NCBI GenBank assembly: GCA_040883135.1
Contig: JBFLKI010000154.1
Span: forward strand, 2,601-66,600
DNA from: Desulfotignum sp.
GTDB lineage: Bacteria > Desulfobacterota > Desulfobacteria > Desulfobacterales > Desulfobacteraceae
Direction of reading: 5' to 3'
Length of the DNA: 64,000 bases
Shown here: in pieces, positions 37,874 to 45,622 of the stretch
Position numbering within the stretch: the stretch's first letter is position 1
Layout: each line of letters starts with the position of its first letter
Notes under the pieces: model-generated
What the model was told of the DNA's origin: nothing
What the model saw: the letters and a program-made list of their open reading frames with translations, nothing else
Databases searched by the model: none
Translations under genes and position numbers: made by a program

Positions 37874-38741
37874 GAAAACTCTGTCCAACCGGCACAAGGA
37901 ACCGGACGAAAAAACACCGTCCTCGGAAAAAGCCGCTGAAACGTCATTTTTTTCCAGTGTGCTGAAACTCGTTTTGATTCTCTCCGTTTTCAGCGTGTCT
38001 GTCTTGTTTGTCCATGATCTTGTCGTGCAAAGCCCGTTTTTCACGGTTCGTGAGATTACCATCCAGGGAGAAAACCGGGTGAAAAAACAGGAGATCTTGG
38101 ACCTGGCGGATCTTTCCCGGCCGGCCAATATTTTCCGGGTCAATGTGCCGGCCATGGAAAAAAAGATCGCCTCCCACCCCTGGATTGCGGCTGCCACGGT
38201 CCACCGGTCTCTGTTCTCCACACTGAAAATTGTCGTGGAAGAACAGCACCCACTGGCCATCGTCCGGATTGGGAATTTTCCCGACATGATCATCAACCGC
38301 CAGGGGGTGCCGTTCAAAGCCTATGAACCGGAAACGGATCAGGATGTCACACTTCCGGTGATCACGGGTCTGGACCTGACCGGCAGCGAAAACTTCTACC
38401 ACTTTGAAGGACCATTGTTCAACGCGGTGCTGGACCTTCTACAAAGTCAGTATCAAAACAACATCATTTCCATCCATGGAGATGATCTCATTGGCATTAC
38501 CATCCGGGCTACCGGACTGTTTAACCCGTCCCTGGTACCTGAAACCACGGCACTGCCCATCTGTCTGGGATTTGACGACTACGAACACAAACTGGTCAAG
38601 GCCCGTCAGATCAGCCAGTACATTCAAGCCAATATTCCCGGAAAAACCATAAGTGCCATGGACCTGTTCGAAATGGACACGGTCTTTGTGACAACCGCAC
38701 CGATGGCTGCCATGCAAGCCAATATTGAAAAGGGGGTCTGA
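37866..38741 (+). CDS. ftsQ: Cell division protein FtsQ (POTRA-containing)
   Basis: 291 aa with an N-terminal TM then a POTRA-like segment (FTVREITIQGENRVKKQEILDL). Canonical position. Confidence 0.8.
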   Translation: MNEKTLSNRHKEPDEKTPSSEKAAETSFFSSVLKLVLILSVFSVSVLFVHDLVVQSPFFTVREITIQGENRVKKQEILDLADLSRPANIFRVNVPAMEKKIASHPWIAAATVHRSLFSTLKIVVEEQHPLAIVRIGNFPDMIINRQGVPFKAYEPETDQDVTLPVITGLDLTGSENFYHFEGPLFNAVLDLLQSQYQNNIISIHGDDLIGITIRATGLFNPSLVPETTALPICLGFDDYEHKLVKARQISQYIQANIPGKTISAMDLFEMDTVFVTTAPMAAMQANIEKGV

Positions 38742-38743
38742 TT

Positions 38744-39970
38744 TTGCAGGTGAATGAAAAAATAATCGTGGGCCTGGATATCGGAACCACCAAAATCTGT
38801 GCCGTGGTGGGAGAAGTCTTGGAAGATGAAATCAATATTATCGGTGTCGGCTCCCATCCGTCCACCGGGCTGCGGAAAGGGTCGGTGGTAAATATCGAAT
38901 CCACGGTGGATGCGATCCAGAAAGCGGTCCAGGAGGCGGAACTCATGGCAGGATGTGATATCTCCTCAGTCTATGTGGGGATTGCCGGCAACCATGTCAA
39001 AGGATTCAACAGCCACGGGATCATCGCCATCAAAGGCCGTGAAATCACCCAGAATGATGTGGACCGGGTGGTCGATGCCGCCAAAGCCGTGGCCATCCCG
39101 GCGGACCAGGAAATTCTCCATGTAATCCCCCAGGAGTTCATCGTGGATGACATGACCTCCATCCAGAACCCGGTGGGCATGACCGCGATCCGTCTGGAAG
39201 CAAAGATACATATCGTCACCGGTGCGGTCTCTTCCGCCAGAAATCTGGTCAAATGCTGCAACAAGGCCGGGCTGGAGGTATGTGATATCGTGCTCTCTTC
39301 GCTGGCATCCGGTCAGGCGGTACTGAGCGCCGAAGAAAAAGAACTCGGCTGTCTGGTGGCGGATATCGGCGGAGGAATCACCGATCTGGCTTTGTTCAAA
39401 GACAACAATCTCAAGTTTATTTATGAGTTGACCGTCGGGGGTCTCAATCTCACCAATGATATCTCCATCGGCTTGAGAACCCCGCTGCCGGAAGCGGAAA
39501 AGATCAAAATCGATCACGGCACCTGCCTTCCGGAACATATCAAAAACGGGGCCACCATCGAAGTGCCGGCCGTCGGCGGTCGTTCTCCCAAACGGCTGTC
39601 CAGAGGAATCCTGGCGGAAATTCTGGAACCCCGGGTGGAAGAGATTTTTTCTCTTCTCAAAAAAGAACTGTTTTCCAATGGACTGGAAAATGCGTTTCCG
39701 GCCGGATTTGTCCTCACCGGCGGCAGTGTGGTCATGGACGGCACCACAGAGATAGCTGAATCAGTATTCAATGTGCCGGTAAGGGTCGGAGAACCTGATA
39801 AAATCGGGGGGTTGAAAGACATCGTCAAAAAACCGGCCTATGCCACCAGTGTGGGGCTGGTCATCTTCGGATCCACGGCCACCTGCGACCTGCCTGAATC
39901 AGCGCCGGTAAAAGCCGGTATGGGGCCCGTTATCACGCGAATGAAGCAATGGTTTAAAGATATTATATAA
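38744..39970 (+). CDS. ftsA: Cell division protein FtsA
   Basis: TTG start. Actin-fold motifs (IVGLDIGTTKICAVV, DIGGGITDL) and a C-terminal amphipathic helix (ITRMKQWFKDII). Confidence 0.9.
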   Translation: MQVNEKIIVGLDIGTTKICAVVGEVLEDEINIIGVGSHPSTGLRKGSVVNIESTVDAIQKAVQEAELMAGCDISSVYVGIAGNHVKGFNSHGIIAIKGREITQNDVDRVVDAAKAVAIPADQEILHVIPQEFIVDDMTSIQNPVGMTAIRLEAKIHIVTGAVSSARNLVKCCNKAGLEVCDIVLSSLASGQAVLSAEEKELGCLVADIGGGITDLALFKDNNLKFIYELTVGGLNLTNDISIGLRTPLPEAEKIKIDHGTCLPEHIKNGATIEVPAVGGRSPKRLSRGILAEILEPRVEEIFSLLKKELFSNGLENAFPAGFVLTGGSVVMDGTTEIAESVFNVPVRVGEPDKIGGLKDIVKKPAYATSVGLVIFGSTATCDLPESAPVKAGMGPVITRMKQWFKDII

Positions 39971-39986
39971 ACAACAACATCGGGAG

Positions 39987-41282
39987 GTGGACATGAATTT
40001 TTCCTATGTGGAAAACAAGACATCAGCAAAAATCAAGGTAATCGGTGTGGGTGGTGCCGGCGGCAACGCGGTCAACAACATGATCAACGCCAATCTGCAG
40101 GGCGTGAAATTCATCGTGGCAAATACCGACGCCCAGGCCCTTGAAACATCCAATGCGGAAATCAAGATTCAGCTGGGCAAATCCCTGACCGAAGGGCTGG
40201 GGGCCGGGGCAGATCCGAATACCGGCAGAGAGGCGGCCCTGGAAAGCATCGATGAAATCCGGGAAGCCCTGGAAGGCAGCCATATGGTGTTCATCACAGC
40301 CGGATTCGGGGGTGGGACCGGCACCGGCGCGGCGCCGGTGATCGCGGAAGTATGCAAGGAACTGGGAATTCTTACCGTTGCCGTGGCATCCAAACCGTTT
40401 TCCTTTGAAGGGAAAAAACGGGAACGCCAGGCCCTGGACGGGCTGGACAAACTGCACGGTATCACCGATACGGTCATTACCATTCCCAATGACCGGCTCA
40501 GGGGAATCGCCCCGAAAGGAGCGAGAATGGTGGACATGTTCATCAAAGCCGATGAAATTCTTCACCATTCCGTCAAGGGCATCACCGACCTGATCATGAT
40601 GCCCGGTCATGTGAACCTGGACTTTGCCGATGTCAAGACCACCATGCAGAAAGCGGGCAAGGCCCTGATGGGCATCGGCATTGCTTCCGGTGAAAACCGG
40701 GCCACGGAAGCCGCGGAAAAAGCCATTTCCCATCCGCTGCTGGAGGATATCTCCATTTCCGGTGCCAAAGGGGTGCTCATGAACATCACCTCCTCTTCGG
40801 ATCTGACTTTAGACGAGATGACCGAGGCCTCTGACAGAATCTATCAGGAAGTAGGGGATGATGCTGAGATCATCTGGGGACAGACTTTTGATGAAACCCT
40901 GGGGGATGAAATACGGATCACGGTCATTGCCACGGGCATCGGTGCCAAGGAGCCGGAACTGGCCCCAAACATGCACCGGCTGGAACCTTCCGCATCACAG
41001 CCCCTGGCAGCGGGATTTGACAGCCAGGCTGCCCGGAATCCCGCACCCGGTCAGATCCGGACGGCCGCTGCTGAGTATAATACCGGCATCCCCATCGCCA
41101 GAGGCCGTCTGAGGACCCCGACCGAAGAGGAACTGGCCACCTGGAACGAATTCGACAATCCGGTCCGGGTCACCCATAAGCGGGTGGTGAACGGAGAAGA
41201 GATCCCTTCATCCTGGAATGAAACAGCGTTTGACAATGACAACCTGGAAGTGCCCACTTTTTTGAGAAGAAAAGCGGACTGA
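39987..41282 (+). CDS. ftsZ: Cell division GTPase FtsZ
   Basis: GVGGAGGNAVN, the GGGTGTGAAPV tubulin signature, and the C-terminal peptide DNLEVPTFLRRKAD. Confidence 0.97.
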   Translation: MDMNFSYVENKTSAKIKVIGVGGAGGNAVNNMINANLQGVKFIVANTDAQALETSNAEIKIQLGKSLTEGLGAGADPNTGREAALESIDEIREALEGSHMVFITAGFGGGTGTGAAPVIAEVCKELGILTVAVASKPFSFEGKKRERQALDGLDKLHGITDTVITIPNDRLRGIAPKGARMVDMFIKADEILHHSVKGITDLIMMPGHVNLDFADVKTTMQKAGKALMGIGIASGENRATEAAEKAISHPLLEDISISGAKGVLMNITSSSDLTLDEMTEASDRIYQEVGDDAEIIWGQTFDETLGDEIRITVIATGIGAKEPELAPNMHRLEPSASQPLAAGFDSQAARNPAPGQIRTAAAEYNTGIPIARGRLRTPTEEELATWNEFDNPVRVTHKRVVNGEEIPSSWNETAFDNDNLEVPTFLRRKAD

Positions 41283-41286
41283 TCCA

Positions 41287-43005
41287 TTGCGGGAGACATC
41301 CAGACCGGATTTCCAAAATCCTCTGACTGAAAGAGGCGTGATTGTAAAACAGGGAAAGGGATTGACCCGGGTGGCCCTGGTCTATCCCAACACCTATAAA
41401 GCCGGAATGTCCAACCTGGGATTCCAGCGGGTTTACCACCTGATCAATCAGGAACCGGGCATCGCCTGTGAACGGGTCTTTCTGCCGGATCCCGGACAGA
41501 AGGATTCAGCGGTGGTCAGCTGTGAGAGCGGGCAGCCGCTGGACCGGTTTAACATGATTGTGTTTTCCGTTTCCTTTGAAAACGATTTTTTTCATCTGGT
41601 TCATTTGCTGAAAAAAGCAGCCATCCCGCCGCGGTCATCAGATCGAAGCCACCTCCACCCGCTGGTGGCCGCAGGCGGGATCGCCTGTTTCCTCAACCCG
41701 GAACCCATTGCCCCATTTATGGATTTTTTTCTGCTGGGGGAAGCGGAATGTCTGTTAACCGATTTTTTCCGTCTGTTTCACCAATACTCGGAACGGGGCG
41801 ATCTGCTGGCATCTCTGGAAACCCATCTGACGGGCGCCTATGTGCCTGCCCGGCATCCGCCCTTTCCCAAAAAAAAAATACCGATACGCTTTTTAGACAA
41901 CCTTGATCATGTCCGGACACATACCTGTGTGTTGAGTTCACAGACGGCGTTCAGAGACAAATATCTGGTGGAAATCCTCAAAGGCTGTCCCCATGGCTGC
42001 CGGTTCTGCACTGCCGGGTTTATTTACCGCCCGCCCCGCATCTATCCCAAAGAAAATGTCTGTCGATCCATGGACAATGCGAAAGGAAACACCCGGAAAA
42101 TCGGACTGGTGAGTTCCGCCATCCTGGATCATCCGGATATTGCAGACATCTGCCGATATGGGACACAACAGGGGTTTTCTCTGTCGTTTTCCTCCCTGAG
42201 AGCCGATAAACTCGATGATGCCATGGTCGAACTGCTGAGCCGGTCCGGGGTCAAAACCGCCACCATCGCGCCGGAAGCCGGATCAGAACGGATGCGGCGT
42301 GTTATTAACAAGAAAATGACGCAAACCGATATTTTTTATGCCGTGGAAAAACTGGTGGCAAAAAACATCCTCAATCTGCGGCTTTATTTCATGATCGGCC
42401 TGCCTTTTGAAACCGATGCCGATGTCCAGGCCATTGTCAATCTGACCCGGGAAATCAAGGAACGTTTTCTGACTGTTTCAAGAAAAAAAAACCGGATGGG
42501 TACCATCACCCTGAGTATCAACATATTCATTCCCAAGCCGGCCACACCTTTTCAGTGGGCTGCGCTGACAGATGACCGCACATTGAAACACCGAATCGAG
42601 ATCATCCGGCAGGGTCTGAAACAGACCCCGAACGTTGTTTTTAACACACCGTCGCTTAAAACTGCCAAAACCAGCACCCTGCTCTCTTTAGGGGACCGGA
42701 ACACGGCGGATGTGATCGAAACGGCAGTTGACCAAGGATGGGCCTATGCGTTCAGGCATCATGCCGACCACTGCCGGCAGATCATTTACACCGAAAAAAA
42801 GGTGCCGGATATTTCCAAACCCAATAAATCAGGCATCGGTCTTTTCCGGGAAGCATTGCCCTGGCACTTTCTGGATTCCGGAATTTCTCAAAATTTTCTG
42901 GCAAAGGAATGGCACCGGGCTCAAATGGAAAAACAATCCCCGGCCTGTCCCATGATCAACTGCCGGGAGTGCCGGATTTGTTCAAATGATGACATCTTCC
43001 AATAA
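41287..43005 (+). CDS. B12-binding-domain radical SAM protein, uncharacterised family (TIGR03960-like from memory)
   Basis: CPHGCRFC (CxxxCxxC) motif, an N-terminal RVALVYPNTYKAGMSNLGFQRVYHLIN block, and a C-terminal Cys cluster CPMINCRECRIC. The exact start is uncertain; the track uses TTG 41287, 4 nt after the ftsZ stop. Confidence 0.85.
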   Translation: MRETSRPDFQNPLTERGVIVKQGKGLTRVALVYPNTYKAGMSNLGFQRVYHLINQEPGIACERVFLPDPGQKDSAVVSCESGQPLDRFNMIVFSVSFENDFFHLVHLLKKAAIPPRSSDRSHLHPLVAAGGIACFLNPEPIAPFMDFFLLGEAECLLTDFFRLFHQYSERGDLLASLETHLTGAYVPARHPPFPKKKIPIRFLDNLDHVRTHTCVLSSQTAFRDKYLVEILKGCPHGCRFCTAGFIYRPPRIYPKENVCRSMDNAKGNTRKIGLVSSAILDHPDIADICRYGTQQGFSLSFSSLRADKLDDAMVELLSRSGVKTATIAPEAGSERMRRVINKKMTQTDIFYAVEKLVAKNILNLRLYFMIGLPFETDADVQAIVNLTREIKERFLTVSRKKNRMGTITLSINIFIPKPATPFQWAALTDDRTLKHRIEIIRQGLKQTPNVVFNTPSLKTAKTSTLLSLGDRNTADVIETAVDQGWAYAFRHHADHCRQIIYTEKKVPDISKPNKSGIGLFREALPWHFLDSGISQNFLAKEWHRAQMEKQSPACPMINCRECRICSNDDIFQ

Positions 43006-43079
43006 AGGTTTTAATTTTTCTTGACGAACCCTCAGAAATATGGTTTAGCTGTAGAAACATTAACGGAGAGACTCAAAAA

Positions 43080-43154
43080 ATGAATTACAGCAGCACAGAC
43101 AGATCCTATTTTTATTTCTGGTATTTTTATACGGATCTGCCTGGGCCGTTGTAA
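43080..43154 (+). CDS. Candidate leader peptide MNYSSTDRSYFYFWYFYTDLPGPL (24 aa) with 8 consecutive aromatic codons
   Basis: GGAGAG at 43065-43070 lies 9 nt before ATG 43080. Codons 43107-43130 read TAT TTT TAT TTC TGG TAT TTT TAT. The stop TAA is at 43152-43154, with a terminator 25 nt downstream and a DAHP synthase gene after it. Confidence 0.6.
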   Translation: MNYSSTDRSYFYFWYFYTDLPGPL

Positions 43155-43176
43155 CAGTTTTTCCATAAAACCAACC

Positions 43177-43220
43177 AAAGCCGCAGGCAGAGATACCGCC
43201 TGCGGCTTTGGTATTTTTCA
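43177..43220 (+). terminator. Rho-independent terminator (attenuator) between the leader ORF and DAHP synthase
   Basis: AAAGCCGCAGGC (43177-43188), a 9-nt loop, GCCTGCGGCTTT (43198-43209), then GGTATTTTT. The core is 9 GC-rich bp. It ends 42 nt before the aro gene ATG. Confidence 0.65.
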
Positions 43221-43261
43221 GCTGAGGGCGGCACACCTTTTGACCTGCAAAGGAAACCGCC

Positions 43262-44299
43262 ATGAAAAAAACCTTTGACATCCATGTAAAAAAATTCGAC
43301 CCCCTCATTTCACCATCAGACATGAAACAGTCCCTGCCATTGACGGATGCGGCAGTTCACACGGTTGTTTCCGGCAGAAAACAGGTAGTGGACATCCTGT
43401 CGGGAAAAGATGACCGACTGCTGGTCATAGCCGGGCCGTGTTCCATCCATGACCCGGAAGCGGCCCTGGAGTTCGCTGATAAACTCAAGACACTGCGCCT
43501 GGAAGTGTCTGATAAAATCAATTTGATCATGCGGGTATATTTTGAGAAACCCCGGACCACCGTGGGATGGAAGGGCCTGATCAATGATCCGTTTCTGGAT
43601 TCGTCCTACAATGTCAATGCCGGTCTGCAGACCGCCAGACAGCTGCTCATCGATATCAATGACTCCGGTCTGCCTACAGCCACGGAAATCCTGGATCCTA
43701 TCACCCCGCAGTACATTGCCGGACTGCTGACCTGGGTGGCTGTCGGGGCCCGCACCACGGAATCACAGACCCACCGGGAAATGGCATCCGGGCTGTCCAT
43801 GCCCGTGGGGTTCAAAAACAGTACAGACGGCCGTATTACGGCGGCGGTCAATGCCATACAGGCGGCCGGGGCACCCCAGCATTTTCTGGGTATCGACCCG
43901 GACGGCCGGTCCGCCGTGGTCTCCACCACGGGCAACCCATACTGCCACCTGGTTCTGCGGGGGGGCGCCACCCCGAATTACGACCCGGTTTCCGTGGGAC
44001 GTGCCCAGGCCTTTCTCAGGCAGAAGCACCTGCCGGACCGCCTCATCATCGATTGCTCCCATGACAATTCGGGCCAGAGACACACCGGTCAGGCCTTTGT
44101 GTTCAAAAGTGCGCTGGATCAACGCCTTGAAGGCAATTCAGGCATCATGGGGTTGATGCTGGAAAGCAACCTGTTTGAAGGCCGCCAGAACTGCCCGGGG
44201 GACGGGTGTGCGCTTAAATACGGAGTGTCCATCACCGACGAATGCATTTCATGGCAGACCACCGAACAGTTGATCCGGTGTGCATACAACCGTCTGTAG
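43262..44299 (+). CDS. aroG: 3-deoxy-7-phosphoheptulonate (DAHP) synthase, class I (AroF/G/H type; isozyme specificity not resolvable by eye)
   Basis: 345 aa: LLVIAGPCSIHDPEAALEFA...KPRTTVGWKGLINDP...IDCSHDNS. Confidence 0.9.
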   Translation: MKKTFDIHVKKFDPLISPSDMKQSLPLTDAAVHTVVSGRKQVVDILSGKDDRLLVIAGPCSIHDPEAALEFADKLKTLRLEVSDKINLIMRVYFEKPRTTVGWKGLINDPFLDSSYNVNAGLQTARQLLIDINDSGLPTATEILDPITPQYIAGLLTWVAVGARTTESQTHREMASGLSMPVGFKNSTDGRITAAVNAIQAAGAPQHFLGIDPDGRSAVVSTTGNPYCHLVLRGGATPNYDPVSVGRAQAFLRQKHLPDRLIIDCSHDNSGQRHTGQAFVFKSALDQRLEGNSGIMGLMLESNLFEGRQNCPGDGCALKYGVSITDECISWQTTEQLIRCAYNRL

Positions 44300-44313
44300 C
44301 CGGTTTCCACCAT

Positions 44314-45501
44314 TCAATCACCATTGGATGCCGATTTCAACTGTCCGGTGATGCACTGCACCAGCATCAAGGAAACAAAACTCAGCCCGGCCCCTGCCAG
44401 AAAAGGGATCCGGTAGTCCACCAGCCAGAGAAGGCCGCCCAACGCGGGCAGCACCACTGCGGCGACATGGTTGATGGTGAACCCCATGGCCATGCTGGGA
44501 GCAATATCCCGGGGGTCTGCAAGTTTCTGGAAAAAGGTGTTGATGGCAATGGCGAAATTGAAAAACATATGGTCCAGGATATATAGACCTCCGGCCAGAA
44601 CCCGGGAATCCACCAGAGCATAGGCGATGAAAATGGCAATCAGTGACAGATACTCCAGGCTCAGCATCCTGCGTTCCCCGAAACGAACGATGCATCTGCC
44701 GATAAAAGGGCTCAAAAAATAATTGATGCCGTTATTGATAAAAAACAGGACGGCAATGCCCTGGACCGTGTATTCAAACTTTTTGACCAGCAGAAACACG
44801 GCAAAGGCCATGAAGATCTGCCGGCGCGCTCCGGCCATAAAAGTCAGTGCATAGTACAGCCAGTATCGCTTTTTGAAGATCAGTTTTTTGTGCTGGGGAA
44901 TCATATCCGCTGATGCAGGGTTTCTGGAAAACGCCCACAGGCCGACTCCGGCCACCAGAACGCCAAACACCAAATAAAGCTGGGAAAAGGAAAGAAACAT
45001 CACCAAAATGAACACCAGCACCCCGGTGAACATACTGCTGAGGGCTGCATAGCTTCTCAGTTTTCCAAATACCGCCGGGGCCACGGATTTGTCAAAATAC
45101 TGCAATCCCAGGGATTGGTAGGTGGTCTCATAATAATGGAACCCGAAACTCATTACCAGGGTCGTGAGGATCAGCCCGACAAAGCTGGGGAGCATCCCTG
45201 TGGCGGCCAGCCCGACACCCAGGAGCAGCACCGACAGGGCCGAAAGCCGGTGTTCCTTGAGCACCAGAAGCACGTAGACCACCAGCAGGGCCAGAAATCC
45301 GGGAATTTCCCGGACCGACTGAATCACCCCCACATGCTGACCTTCCAAGTGAACCACTTTCACCGCAAAATTGTCAAACAGGGTCTGCCACACGTGCAGC
45401 CCACCGGAAACCGTGATGGTGAGCACCATCAGATAGATATACATGGGGTTGTGGATCAAAGATCGTTTCATTTGCCGCTCCGGCTCTCTTTGTTGCTGCA
45501 T
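44314..45501 (-). CDS. MFS-type transporter (substrate unknown)
   Basis: A ~395-aa polytopic protein with two six-helix halves. No specific subfamily recognised. The start could be Met11 (45471). Confidence 0.65.
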   Translation of the reverse strand: MQQQREPERQMKRSLIHNPMYIYLMVLTITVSGGLHVWQTLFDNFAVKVVHLEGQHVGVIQSVREIPGFLALLVVYVLLVLKEHRLSALSVLLLGVGLAATGMLPSFVGLILTTLVMSFGFHYYETTYQSLGLQYFDKSVAPAVFGKLRSYAALSSMFTGVLVFILVMFLSFSQLYLVFGVLVAGVGLWAFSRNPASADMIPQHKKLIFKKRYWLYYALTFMAGARRQIFMAFAVFLLVKKFEYTVQGIAVLFFINNGINYFLSPFIGRCIVRFGERRMLSLEYLSLIAIFIAYALVDSRVLAGGLYILDHMFFNFAIAINTFFQKLADPRDIAPSMAMGFTINHVAAVVLPALGGLLWLVDYRIPFLAGAGLSFVSLMLVQCITGQLKSASNGD

Positions 45502-45568
45502 CGGTTTTTCTGAAAGAAAGTTACTATGCCAACAAACTGGGTCGATCTGTCAAGCGAAAAAATCTGAA

Positions 45569-45597
45569 TTTACAAGTGTTCAACGGTCTTGTATGAT
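45569..45597 (+). promoter_or_regulatory. Candidate sigma70 promoter for the SLC13 permease gene
   Basis: TTTACA (45569-45574), a 17-nt spacer, TATGAT (45592-45597). It lies 25 nt upstream of the ATG. Confidence 0.4.
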
Positions 45598-45622
45598 CTG
45601 CGGATTATGGAGTGTGTGAATC

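Noticed and set aside
43060-43323. An 87-aa minus-strand ORF covering the aro leader region and the DAHP synthase start.
   Set aside because: It overlaps the DAHP synthase 5' end, the terminator hairpin and the leader ORF. It has no RBS and recognisable family, and the plus-strand attenuator interpretation explains the region better.
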